From: Malacoraja senta
Lineage: Eukaryota
Length of the DNA stretch: 64,000 nt
Direction of reading: 5' to 3'
Assembly (NCBI GenBank): GCA_038087875.1
Contig: JAXLNO010000098.1
Coordinates: forward strand, 1 to 64,000
Position 1 is the stretch's first letter; every line of letters starts with the position of its first letter. The notes under the pieces were generated by a model that saw nothing but the letters and a program-made list of their open reading frames with translations, was not told the origin of the DNA and searched no databases. This document shows positions 50,391 through 64,000 of this stretch, in pieces. A program made the translations under genes and the position numbers.

Positions 50391-52082
50391 TGATCTTGTC
50401 AAGTCTGTGAAATGTTTTTTAAACCTGTATTTGTGAGTGTATATATCATAGTCTCTTGATTTGACCCTGTGGGAGGTGACTTTATTTTTCCAGTTGCACT
50501 CAGATTAGCAATCTTAATTGACTGTTCAGGGGTGCAGGTATTGGAGCCACGTGCCAGGGACCTGGGATTAATCTTGACATCCAGTGCTATCTGTGTGGAT
50601 TTTGCATGTTTTCTCCTGTGGCCACGTGAAGTTTTTCTCCAGGTGCTTCAGTTTCATCTTCACCCCAAATATATGCGAGGGTAGGCTAATTGGCCACTGG
50701 CAGCTGGCTGTAGTGTGTAGGCCAATGTTATAAATTAAGGGAGAGGGAGGAAGTGTTGATAATATTGTGAGAATAAAAGTGGGATTAATGTAGCTGGATG
50801 GTTGTTGCGTATCTAAGATAGGTTATTTACTAGCTCCCCAAGAATCTCTTTGTATTTTGCTATAAAAATCTAAGTTCCTTTTAATTTATTATAGATTTCC
50901 AGCGTCTGCAGTTCTTTCTTGATTTATTTGATGGCCTTGCATTGTTTGCTTTGCCACAAATTATAACATACTTCTTCGATCAGATCAAACTAAACTTTAA
51001 TTTTTAAGAACTCTTACCACGGCTTCCTTTTTTTAGAAATAAACCCAATTTGTTTAGCTAACTGCAATTAAGCAGTTGAGGGTATATCGCAGCCTGCGAA
51101 CGTGGAGTGTATCTTGGATTTCAAGGCTTAACTGTAGAAGTGCAGAACACAGGAAGTTGCTATATGATTTGCCATATCATGATAAGTCCCCAGAGCGCTG
51201 TCACTATATAGAATAGTAGGGGCACTGAACCATGTCCTTTGGCCCACGTAAGGTAAAAATCAATGTCAAGTCAAGAGTGTTTTATTGTCATGTGTCCTGG
51301 ATGGGACAATGAAATTCTTACTTGCTGCAGCACAACAGAATATGTGAATATGTAAACACAGTACATAACGGGGAAGAGAAAAAAAGTTCAATAAATAACA
51401 AATATAGTGCAGTAGTAATAGTCTTTTGCAGCTCAGAGTTTATTTGTTGTTGTGTTTAATAGCCTGATGGCTGTAGGGAAGAAGCTGTTCCTGAACCTGG
51501 ACATTCTGGATGATCCCCTTAAATGTGCACCATTGCATCTCAACTGACTGAACCCTGAACATGCCTGTTCACTTTCACCAGCTTTGCTTTCATGCTCTCA
51601 AAATTACCCCGATTTAAGTTTAAAATTCTAAACATCTGTCTTTCGTCCAATCAATTTGCTTCAAAATTTTCCTCCAGTGTTTATTTTTAACTTTCCTTTA
51701 TCATTGTGTATTCTGATTTGTTTTTTGTGGAATGATATTTGTGTCTTGAAGTTCATGCAGAATATTGATTCACATTCCATGTGTCATGTTCATTTTGAAT
51801 ATGGTAACTTGAATTGTATATTTAATATTCTGATTAAGTGTGATAAATATCTTGACTGCTTACTTTGTTGCCTGTTTAATAATTCTATTATGGAAATAGC
51901 TCTTGGAACAAAATAGTGTGACAACAATTTTTTTTTTAAAAACACTATAATAAACCACTGTACTAAAAGATCTTTTCTGGAAATAAATGCTTTATTCGTA
52001 CAGCAATATTTTTGAAAGTTTGATCTCAGCAGCTTTAACGTTAGCACATTGGAAATACTCACTTGGATCAATCTCAACATGA

Positions 52083-52274
<192 letters not shown>

Positions 52275-52658
52275 TAAGCTGTTGATTTGATTTTTCACCG
52301 TTTTACTTTCGCTCCCAAACCGCCACACACACACCTCCCTATCTCAAATCATTTAATTAGTACTAGAATACAATTCTTGACCATTGCACAGATTGTTTTG
52401 CATACGCAAGACTTTGTAGACATCCTTGGCTCTTTGATAAAATAAAACGTGACAACATTCATTATTCAAATCTAGATAATCTTTCTTGACAGCAGTTGAG
52501 TTCAATGGTACTCAAATGTTTTGGTTCACCCTATTATATGCTTAGTAAACTAAGCTGAGGTCATGGCACATTTGCTGTCGTGTTTAATATTGCTTATTTC
52601 TGCCCAGAATAAGGACCTGCCCTTGCTGATCACTCTATATAGTTTATATTTGCAGATA

Positions 52659-53027
52659 CAGGTCCACCACCGATTTTTCTGGCACCCTTTGCTCCAGAGC
52701 TTTTCTGAATTATTATCTGTTTTGCCAAACCAACATAGGTCATGGCCTCGGCGTAATTGAATGGTCCGCCTAGGTTGCTGATGGGCTGAGGTACCGGCCC
52801 GCAAGGTCGGTGTCAGAAGTTGGTTATGGGAATGGATCCGCCAGCTCTGGTCGGGCCGGAGTTCCAGGGCTCTGGCAGCAGGGGGGGCAAGTTTGACCTG
52901 CAAACTGAACACGGAAGTTTCAATGCGGTGGAGATCAGCCGCCTCACCCGGCATTATTGGAGGAGGGGGGTTCCGGATAAAAGGAGGTGCCAGACCACCA
53001 GTTGCCGGAAAATTTGTGGTGGACCTG
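52659..53027. mobile_element. Tc1/mariner (pogo/Tigger-like) MITE
   Basis: TA + CAGGTCCACCAC..TTTTCTGGCAC left; GTTGCCGGAAAATTTGTGGTGGACCTG right. Confidence 0.75.
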
Positions 53028-53619
53028 TGCTGTTTCTCAGCATCATTGTGTAGATCCTTGATATTTATTTCTTGGAGTTTTCCCTTTAAACAAACAAGTT
53101 TATTTTTGTTCTGGAAATAATATCAAAGAATGGACTTTAAACATGAAACGTCTGAATGTGCAGAAGCACTGGGTTAAAAATTAGTGACGAGGCACGTAAA
53201 CTAAGCTCGGACTGTACTCTGTCACTTGCGCAAGAAACTGTTTACTTTTCAACAAAAGGACAACTTGCACTTTTCATGATCATGAATGTTCCAAAGCTAT
53301 CTGGCCTAATTAATTCCTTGCACTGAGTCTTGCAATGGAAGAAGTGCACTAGCTCATGTAGTTCCATTAATTCCCACAAACAGGTCTGCAATAAAAAAAC
53401 AATACTCATTTACTAATTTTTCAATTGATGGAAAAATATTATTGGGACATTGGGGGTAATTCTGCTCTTAAAATACGACACAAGCGGGCCATTAGTGCCA
53501 ATCAGATAAGAGCTTCCCAACCTAATCTTACCTTCCACCATCAAGTATGGAAACCTGCAAGTCATTGCTCCAAATGTTCATACAATTCCTTTTTAAAATC
53601 TGCATTAATGATTTAAGTC

Positions 53620-55255
53620 AAAATGGAGTTAACATGGTAAGTAAATTTGTGGACAACCCAAAAATTAGTGGGAGAGCGGACTGTTGAGGGAGGCTGCCAG
53701 AGTTCACAAAAGGATTTGGATCTTCTCTGGGTGGGCCAAGAAATGGTAGATAGAATTTAACTTGTGTGTGATGAATTTTGGTAAATCAAACCAGAGTAGG
53801 ACTTGCACAGCAAATGGTAGGGCCCTGGAATTGTAAGAGTGGAGAGACCTCTGGATGCAGTTACGCATTTCCCTCGACATGGGGACACGGGTAGACAAGT
53901 GGTGAAGAAAGCTTTTGGAACGCTTGCCTTCGGTCAAGGTATTGAATGTGTGCAGGTTGGTGTACTCAATGACTTTGTTGAGTGGTGAGGGCTGAATCAC
54001 AGGCTGCAGCTCAACACTGACAAGACTAAGGAGTTAGTGGTGGACTTTAGGAGGAGAGGAACACCCCTGTTTCCATCAATGTGGATGTGCAGTGTACCAG
54101 GGAGTACAAATACCTTGGAGTGTACTGGGACAATAAACTAGACAGGTCCAGGAACACTGAGGCCCTGCACAAGGGACAGAGCTGGCTGTACTTTTTGAGG
54201 AAGCTCCACTCCAACGATGCTGCAGATGTTCTATCAATCGGTGGTATTCAGGTCCATCTTCTTTGCTGGGGCAGCAGAGTGAAGGCTGCGGATGCCAATA
54301 GGAAAGACAAACTCATCAGGAAGGCTGACTCCGTCCTGGGGACAGAGTTGGATTCATGGGAGGTGGATATGGAGGAGAAGATGCTCCTCAAACTGCGGAG
54401 CATCCTGGACAATACAGCTCACCCCCTCCGTGTCAACCTGAGGAGTAGCTTCGGCAACAGACTGGTTCCACCAAGATGCAGTACAGAATGCCATAGGAGA
54501 TCTTTCTTCCCTGTGGCTATCAAACTACAACTCCCCCTTCTGCTGTGGGTAGACTGATCCCCTTTCTCCCCCCCAATCTTCGCATATCCCCAATCCTTTC
54601 CATTTGTCACTTTGATTTCATGTATTTTGTGTTTTATGACTATTGGCAGATCAATTTCCCTCCTGGGATAAATATAGTTCTATCGTACCGTACTATGGTG
54701 TTGGGACATTATGTTACAGCTGTACAAGACATTGATGAAACTACATTTGGAGTACTGTGTGAAGATCTTGTTGCACTGCTTGTAGGAAGGATGAAATTAA
54801 GAGTGTGCAGTAAAGACATGCCCAGATGCAAACAGAACTTGAGTTATAAGAAGAGGCTAGATAGGCTGGAGGCTTTCTTCCCTGGAGCGTAGGAGACTTA
54901 AGGCCTTGGAGAGACCTTGTAGAGGTATATAAAATCACAAGGAGCAAGGATAAAATGAATGGCTGCTGTCGTTTCCCAGGGCAGAGGAGTCCATAACTAG
55001 AGGACATAGATTTAAGGTGAGAAAGGAGAGATTTAAGAGACCTGAGGGCAGAGGGTGGTGCACATATGGAATGAACTGCCAGAGGAAGCTAGAGGTGGAT
55101 GCAATGGTGAAATTTAAAAGACATTGAACAAGTATGTGTATAGGAAATGCTTAGAGGGATGATGGCTAAACGCAGGTAGATGGGACTAGCTCAGCAATAA
55201 AACCTGGTTGGCATGGATATTGGACCAAGGGGCCTGCTTCCATGCTGTGTAACTA
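53620..55255 (+). mobile_element. Old CR1 fragment interrupted by a Rex1/Babar-like fragment (~54000-54690)
   Basis: CR1 RT-end remnants on both sides; insert encodes YKYLGVYWDNKL, RLVPPRCSTECHRRSFFPVAIKL. Confidence 0.65.
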
Positions 55256-55463
55256 GACGTGAAGAGGATTTATTTGCGCTCCTTTCTGGGTGGAAAGGCA
55301 AAATTCCAAATGTTCTCGGTATCCTCCTATCAGTCACTAAATCTTTGTCCCCTTGTTTTGATCCTTTGCAAAAGGTCAGGTCTCTCATAGTTCAAAATAC
55401 CTTGACCGAGAATCCCCACAGCCTCCTTTCATATTATTTCACGACCTCCTCTAGCATATTGCG

Positions 55464-57025
55464 TAGACTGATGGGACTGAAGGCTGATAAATCCCCAGGG
55501 CCTGATGGTCTGCATCCCAGTGACTCTGGAAATCATGGACGCATTGCTGATCATTTTCCAATGTTCTATAGATTCAGGATCAGTTCCTGTGGATTGGAGG
55601 GTAGCTAATGTTATCTCACTTTTTAAGAAAGGCAGGAGAGAGAAAACGGAATTATGGACCAGTTAGCCTGACATCGGCAGTGGGGAAGATGCTGGAGTCA
55701 AGTATGAAAGATGAAATAGCGGCACATTTGGAAACAGGAACAGGATCGGTCCGAGTCAGCATGGATTTACGAAGGGGAAATCATGCTTGACTAATCTTCT
55801 GTAATTTTTTTGAAGATGTAACTAGGAAAATTGACAAGGAAGAGCCAGTGGATGTAGTGTACCTGGACTTTCAGAAAGCATTTGATAAGGTCCCACATAG
55901 ATTAGTGGGCAAAATTAGAGCACATGGTATTGGGGGTAGAGTACTGACATGGATAGAAAACTAGTTGGCAGACAGGAAACAAAGAGTAGGGATTAACGGG
56001 TCCCTTTCAGAATGGCAGGCAGTGACTAGTAGGATACAGCAAGGCTCGGTGCTGGGACCACAGTTATTTACAATATACATCAATGATTTAGATGAAGGGA
56101 TTCAAAGTAACATCAGCAAATTTGCAGATGACACAAAGCTGGGTGGCAGTGTGAACTGAGGAAGATGCAGGGTGACTTGGACAGGTTGGGTGAGTGGGCG
56201 GATGCATGGCAGATGGGGATAAATGAGGTTATCCACTTTGGTGACAAAAACAGGAACGCAGATTATTATCTGAATGGTATCAAGTTGGGAAAAGGGGAAG
56301 TACAAAGAGATCTGCGAGATCCTTGTTCATCATTCACTGAAAGTAAGCATGCAGGTACAGCAGGCAGTGAAGAAAGCTAATGGCATGTTGGCCTTCATAA
56401 CAAGAGGAGTTGTATAACAAGAGGAGAGTATAGGAGCAAAGAGGTCCTTCTGCAGTTGTACAGGGCCCCAGTGAGACCACACCTGGAGTATTATATGCAG
56501 TTTTGGTCACCAAATTTGAGGAAGGACAATCTTGTTATTGAGGGAGTGCAGCGTAGGTTCACGAGGTTAATTCCCGGGATGGCGGGACTGTCATATGTTA
56601 ATAGAATGGAGCAGCTGGGCTTGTATACCTTGGAATTTAGAAGGATGAGAGGGGTTCTTATTGAAACATATGATTATTAAGGGATTGGACACGCTAGAGG
56701 CAGGAAACATGATCCCGATGTCGGAGGAGTCCAGAACCAGGGGCCACAGTTTAAAAATAAGGGGTAGGCCATTTGGAACGGAGATGAGGGAAAACCTTTT
56801 TACCCAGAGAGTTGTGAATCTGTGGAATTCTCTGCCTCAGAAGGCAGTGGAGGCCAATTCTCTGGATGGCTTTCAAGTGAGAGTTAGATAGAGCTCTTAA
56901 AGGTAGCAGAGTCAGGGGATATGGTAAGAAGGCAGGAATGGGGTATTGAATGTGGATGATCAGCCATGATCACAGTGAATGCTGGCTCGAAGGGCCAAAT
57001 GGCCTACTGCACCTATTGTCTATTG
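55464..57025 (+). mobile_element. 5'-truncated CR1 LINE (~1.55 kb), frameshifted
   Basis: [44 protein letters not shown]; tail TATTGTCTATTGT. Confidence 0.9.
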
Positions 57026-59541
57026 TCATTCTCTCTTGTTTTTTCACCCTCACAACATCTTATAAATCTCTACTGCACTTTCTCCAGTCCAGTTGCATTG
57101 CTTGTATGATGTGGCCAGAATAGTGCGAAGTACTTTAGCTATTGTATATAGTTAGCCTAACTTTCCTGCTCTTATTTCTCACCTAAGTAAGGAAAGCAAC
57201 CAATTTGGCACTTTATTCTATGTATCCTTCCTACAGTTTAACGTCCCTTGGTTCTTTCATAACATTCAATATTCAGTAAATGGCAGAATATTTGTATGCT
57301 TTGTACCATCTTCCATAATATCTTTTTACTAAATATTTTACTACAATTTCTTTTTCCAATTTCCTGACAATTGTGGAGAAAATTAGCATCTTTCTGCATT
57401 GTAAAGCTTTCCTCTTCACTGTCAACCGTACTGCCAGTTCTGTACCATCTGCCCCGTGCCAGGCTCGTGACATAATCCTTTGTATTCGGCTAAGAAGACG
57501 GGTTCTTAAGTTCGATAATATGCTTAATTTAGAGCTACAGGCTGGAAACAGCCCCTTCGCCCCACCGAGTCCATGCCGACCATTGATCACCCATTCACAC
57601 TCTTTCTATGTTATCCCCTCCATGCAGACTCAAACGTGATGTTTCTCATCCACTCCATACAGGCTAGGGGCAATTTTTACAGAGGCTAATTAACCTGCAA
57701 ACCTGCAGATCTTTGAGGTGTGAGAGGACACCCACATGGTCACAGTGAGATTGTGCAAACACCACTCTGGGTCTCTGGCATTGAGGGGCTAGATTTGTCC
57801 GTCTAGATTTTATGTTTGTCTCTGAAACCTGTAGCTTTCTGAGTTGAGAGGGAAAAGTGCTACTAATTGAGCTAATTGGTATGTGAAAATGGTAATGTTA
57901 CTGAAGTTGTACCTGTGCATTTAGGTTATATTTCGGATAAATATTAGCCAGGACATCCCTAATGTGATCATCTAGGTTCAGCTGAAGGATCAGATGGATC
58001 GTCAGTTTAACATCCAATGCAAAAGTATGCACACACTCAGGAGTGTAGCATTAAAGCTGTGAACACATTTGAAATGTTGCCTGTGGTATTGGGAAACCGT
58101 GACCAATAAAGGTTTGGTGGTTAAAATTCTACCATAAGCACAATATAAACAGAATTTAAAATCATCAGAAGCAGTTACAGGCTATTTATTCTTTGTTCTC
58201 CCCCACCATTTATTCTTTGTTCTCCCCCATTTAGCACAATTATGAGCTAATCTTTTACTGCCTCTTTCCTACTCTAATCCCAGTATTTTTTGATTATCAT
58301 TTAACATTCACAAATCAACTGCTCTCTTTTGAATGAGACTCGTAAGCCTCCTGGGCAGAAAATTCCAAATATTCATTACCTTCTGAGTGAGGAATTATCT
58401 TCTCATTTCAGTTTGAAATGGGTGACTCCCTTTGAGACACTGCCTCATGCCAGAACTGTGAAATATTACCTCGCATCTGCCTTCAAATTCCATAATGAAT
58501 TTTCACATTTCAATTGAATTACATTATTCTTGACTCTGGAGAGTGAAGGCCAATTTTACTGAATCCCTCCTAATGGGGGAAAAACGATAGTGATTAAGTA
58601 AATTTGGCCTATATTCTCAGGAGATCAATCTGGTGAACTCTTTGCAAGTAAGTATTTCCTTCCCTGAACAGTGGTTAAACCTGTACATCCAATTCCAAGT
58701 ATTTTCGAGACAGGCCCATTCAAATGCAGTAAAATGTCTTTACCTGTGTATTTAGATCTTCTGATAATAAAAGCCAACACACTATATGCCTATCCAATTG
58801 CTCGTGGTACCTGCATGTTAACTTTCAATGATTTGTGTACACAATCCCAGGTGCCTGTGCCATCATTTTTTAATCAGTCGACTGTCCCAAATAAAAGTTT
58901 AAAAAATCCTTAGTGAACACACCCATATTAGTTCTTTTGATGTACAAAAGTGTATATGGGGGAGGATGGGTAAAATGATCAATGTTGTATTTGAGATGCT
59001 GAACTTTCTGTGACAATAGGACTTTATTTTTGAAATGGGAAACAATAGTTTAACAGCATTATAAAGGGCTATTGGGGGTGTTGCAAAGTTTGGCAGTACA
59101 TGTATCTGTTTTTTGTTTGAGAGCAGAAAGGGATTGGCTTCCAAAGAAAACGATAGTGGCTGCAGAGAACACCAATTGTGCCAGGTTTATGTTTTAATGG
59201 GAGCTAAGAATGGCAATTTGGTCATTAACAATTTACTGTAACTTACAAAATTGATAATTCAATGTAGCTGAAAGTTTTTAACTACCTTTCTATTTTCACT
59301 TCTTGTAATGGCAAATTTTCAAACTTTAACCGAAGCATTGATTCTGATTGTTTGCCCCCTGGAAACCAGTGAACAGAATGTTGCTGATGGAGCAATTGTA
59401 TTTGGCTTATAAAAATAAAAAAAGCATGTTTCAGAATGTTTTCATAAAAAATTCAGTGCATTAAAATAATGTGTTAAGTTTGGATTGTATTTTGAAAATA
59501 CTGATACCTTATTGTATTTGGATTTTGATTCTCCATTATAG

Positions 59542-59805
<264 letters not shown>

Positions 59806-59834
59806 TGAACTTGCAATTTCCCCTTGGTTTCTAG

Positions 59835-60008
<174 letters not shown>

Positions 60009-60239
60009 TGATGGAATTTGAATAATCAAAGGCTTGTTTAAGAAATCAGCCTGGTTAACAAAGTATTTGAGGTTCAGTTTGCAAAAACTTTGTTCATTTT
60101 TTTTAACCAAAGAGTGAATTGTAGTGACTTGAATTTGTAGTATAATATACCAATGGTAGACATTTAATGCATTTACTTTACGTTGGTATTTCTAACTGAT
60201 CCCAGTTACCTGCTGATTCCCATAATGAGGCAGTCTTTC

Positions 60240-61325
60240 AAAGAGTTGTAGAGTGATAATGTGGAAACAGGCCCTTCGGCCCAAGTCGCCACACCGGCCA
60301 ACATGTTCCAGCTACACTCGTCCCACCTGCCTGTGCTTGGTCCATATCGCTCCAAACCTGTCCTATCCATGCACCTGTCTAACTGTTTCTTAAACGATGG
60401 GATAGTCCCAGCCTCAACTACCTCTGGCAGCTTGTTCCATACACCCACCACCCTTTGTGTGATAAAGTTATCCCTCGGATTCTTATTATATATTTTCCCC
60501 TTCACCTTGAACCTATGTCCTCTGGTCCTCGATTCCCCTACTCTGGGCAAGAGATTTTGTGCATCTACCCGATCTATTCCTCTCATGATTTTATACACCT
60601 CTATAAGATCACCCCTGTGCTCCAAAGAATAGAGACCCAGCCTACTCAACCTCTCCCTTTAGATCACACCCTCTAGTCCTGACAACATCTTCATAAATCT
60701 TTTCTGAACCCTTTCAAGCCTATAACATGGTGCCCAGAACTGAACAATATTCTAAATGCAGTCTCACCAACGCCTTATACAACTTAAACATGACCTTCCA
60801 ACTTCTATACTCAATACTCTGACTGATGAAGGCCAATGTGCCAAAAGCCTTATCTACCTGCTGTCGTCAAGGAACCATGCACCTGCATTCCTAGATCCCT
60901 CTGCTCAACAACACTCCCCAGAGGCCGACTATTTACTGTGTAGGTCCTGCCCTTGTTAAACATCCCAAAATGCAACACCTCACACCTCTCTGTATTAAAT
61001 TTCATCAACCATTCCTCAGCCCACCTGGCCAATCGATCCAGATCCTGCAGAAATCTTTCACAACCATATTCGCTATCTGCAAAACCACTCACTTTTGTAT
61101 CATCAGCAAACTTGCTAATTTTGCCCTGTATGTTCTCATCCAAATCATTGATGTAGATGACAAACAGTAATGGGTCCAGCACCGAACCCTGAGGCACACC
61201 ACTAGTCACAGGCCTCCAGTCCGAGAACCCACCTTCACCTTCCTTCCATGGAGTCAATTTGCTGTCCATTCCACCATTGCTCCTTGGATCCCATGCGATC
61301 TAACCTTCCAGAGCAGCCTACCATA
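60240..61325 (-). mobile_element. CR1 LINE 3' fragment
   Basis: SGVPQGSVLDPLLFVIYINDL, FADDTK, GDLIEVYKIMRG, SRTRGHRFK. Confidence 0.9.
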
Positions 61326-61604
61326 TTTCCTTCGAGTATTTGATCATTTAAACGTTACTACTGCATTGGGCTGGAGCCAAAATATGGCTTGGTCATGGGT
61401 TCTTACTATAAGTAGAAACATGATGGGATCAGTTTCCTGGAAATAGCTGTTATTGCCAACATCCTTAAATCTCCCTTCCCCCATCTGGTGCTAAAAGCAG
61501 GAAGTATACAAAGAGATGGCAATGAATGCACTGTCAAGTAAGGTGCATAGAAGACATGTCAATTGGTAGCGAAGTTATGCATTCTTGTACTCTTACATGA
61601 GTAA

Positions 61605-62035
61605 GATCGTCGTAGGTCCCCTCGTTCATGACTGACCATGGGTGATGCATCCTAGTTGTTGGGTCAATGTAAGCCTGGGTGATGTCATATGGAGGATATG
61701 CTGTTGCCCATGCAGCATGTCCCCCTTCGCTGATCGATCCAAAGGAATAGAAGGGCCGTTACAGGAACTGCCAGAGCGAGGTTGTGGATAACGATGAACT
61801 GCCTTAGGGGCACTGACTCCGGATTTTCTTGAGGTTTACTCCTGGAGCCTTTTCCATGACTGGATATGGCCACAAGGCAGTGGAGGTTTTAAATCAGAGT
61901 TTTCCCTCTCCCAGATGGACTGCCTTCCCAGGCTGACGAGCCCCATCTGCCCGAGACTCATGGGGGCGGGAGCGTCTACCTTCCCGTGCAGGTCGATAGC
62001 ACCTGCCCACTGCCCACACGAGTATGACCGCACAT
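61605..62035 (-). mobile_element. Short RTE-related non-autonomous element
   Basis: Minus strand has RTE-5'UTR-like GGGAGAGGGAAAACTCTGATTTAAAACC and a tail CGAGGGGACCTACGACGA resembling the RTE tail at ~12895-12912. Confidence 0.45.
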
Positions 62036-62690
62036 AAAAAAACAACATTTTTTTCAGCAAAATTGCTCTGCGTAAAAATACTGATTTCCTCAGCAAAATA
62101 CTGATTTTCAGGTACGAGAATACTGAAATACTCTGACAGAACTTGGCAGCTCTGGGTATGTGTACCATGTTGCTACCTGAAGTTGATCACTGTCTCCTTT
62201 GTCCTGCTTTTTAAACTATAATCCAAGATACTTGGGAAAGGATTTATGTTCCTTGGATCTACCATGTTTGGCCTCAAATAATTTTTTACATTCCAGTTGC
62301 TGCTTATTCATTATTCCAGAAAATAGGCTTAGTATACTCCTATTAATATTTGTATTACAGACCCACAATCCCAGGAATAATTTTGCTGAATCTTAGTTGT
62401 CATTGAAGCAATGCAGCAATGTCCTTTTGTTGGTAATAAGTCCAAAATTGGTACTCCAGGTATGGGCTCACTTAGGTCAAACATAATATTACAGCATCTT
62501 TCCTGTCGTGTTCTCTTGCGATAAAGGGCAACATACTGCTTTAGTTGTTGCATCGGCATTGGTGTTTAGTGACGGCTTGCCAAGAACACATAGGTTCCTT
62601 TGAACCTGAAATGTTTCCCACTTTACATACGTTCTAAAACAAAGTTTATATTTAGCATGCTTCTGTATGTTTGACCTGGTATCACAATAG

Positions 62691-62843
<153 letters not shown>

Positions 62844-64000
62844 TAGGCATATGTTAATTGAACTTAAAAACATTTTTGAGCAGTGCTTCTAGATTGAGAA
62901 GCAAATAACGTTTTATAATGTGTTGTGAAAGGGATTTTGCGAACTATTTGATACTTAACTCTGCTTATTATGTGGGGAAAGATGATTAAACCTAACACCA
63001 TCCTATGTTGAATTAAATGATAATATTTGTGATTATCAACTCGTTATTTGAATCTTGAAAGAATACTTGTAGTCTCGCCAAATCTCATTTTAATAGATTT
63101 TAAATTTGCATTTGTAGATCAATTTTGAGCTTTCATTCTTGTAAGACTAAGTTTTGCTATTTGGAAATCTCGGAGTAGAGATGAGTTGTTAATTCTGTCC
63201 TTTGAGATGAGAATATTGTTGTAGTAATATTCATTTTCCTTGTTAAATAGAGTTCAGATATGGCATCAGTCTTAACAATACCTTGTTTATACACTTTATA
63301 ATTTGTTTTATTGAAAGTTCTGTCAATTTATTTAGTAAAGTTCTTCCAGATTCCACATTCACTTTTTGCTTTGATATATGTTGTATATACTATTGGCTCA
63401 CTCTCTTGCATGTTCTGAAGACTTTTATATTGCACCTTTTTGATGCATTCAAGATGCCTTTAAATGGTTTGCAAACAATGAGGTATTTGTGAACGACAGT
63501 CACAGTGCAGAAAATATAGTAGACAATCGATGCCCAGTGATAAATACAACAGCAGTGTGATATTGACCAACTAATCCACAAGCAATGTTGAATTGAGGCA
63601 GAAATAACATGATTTTTGTGTTCAGCTGAGAGCATAAAGCGGTCAATTTTAGATGAAATTGAATGAGAATAACATGACATCTCATTTTTTTTTTTTTAAA
63701 GGTGGCACCCTCATTACACAGGAGTGTCACAAGTCTCTGGAGTAGGGCTCGAATGCAATATATTCTGACTGAATAACTATTACCAGCTCAATCAAACCAT
63801 GTACCCGAAAATAGCTGTTAATGCCAACATCCTTAAAATATATTGCATTTATTATAATTTTGAGATTTCCCTTTTAACCAAATTCTCATAAAACCAAGTG
63901 AATTTTGAACTTCAGGAAAAGCCAAATTTACTTCAGTTTTGGTCAGAATTGCTTGTAATTCAACAATTTATTTTTAATTTGGTATTCTAAAACCAATACT

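Overview
Eukaryotic genomic DNA, very repeat-rich, most likely from a cartilaginous fish (skate/ray-type repeats: HE1/V-SINE-like SINEs, CR1/HER1-like LINEs, Penelope elements). There is one 200-N assembly gap at 35850-36049. Two host genes lie head-to-head. (1) On the + strand are coding exons 1-6 of NAMPT (43334-62842; the gene continues beyond the window), preceded by a CpG-island promoter. (2) On the - strand are four phase-consistent exons (24172-17408) of a uroplakin-3 (UPK3A-like) gene; it carries an in-frame TGA just before the transmembrane exon and an Arg inside the TM helix, and I could not find its first two exons. The rest is transposable elements: a near-complete Neptune-type Penelope-like element (RT + GIY-YIG, inverted terminal copy, 14-bp TSD); a near full-length CR1 with an esterase ORF1 inserted into a Hero-like (R2-group) element; RTE and Rex1/Babar fragments; a non-autonomous Helitron; several TIR elements; and many tiny Penelope-derived insertions with 10-15-bp TSDs that carry minimal hammerhead-ribozyme cores, one of them sense-oriented in NAMPT intron 1. 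All calls come from reading the sequence and from recalled protein and TE motifs; no database search was run.
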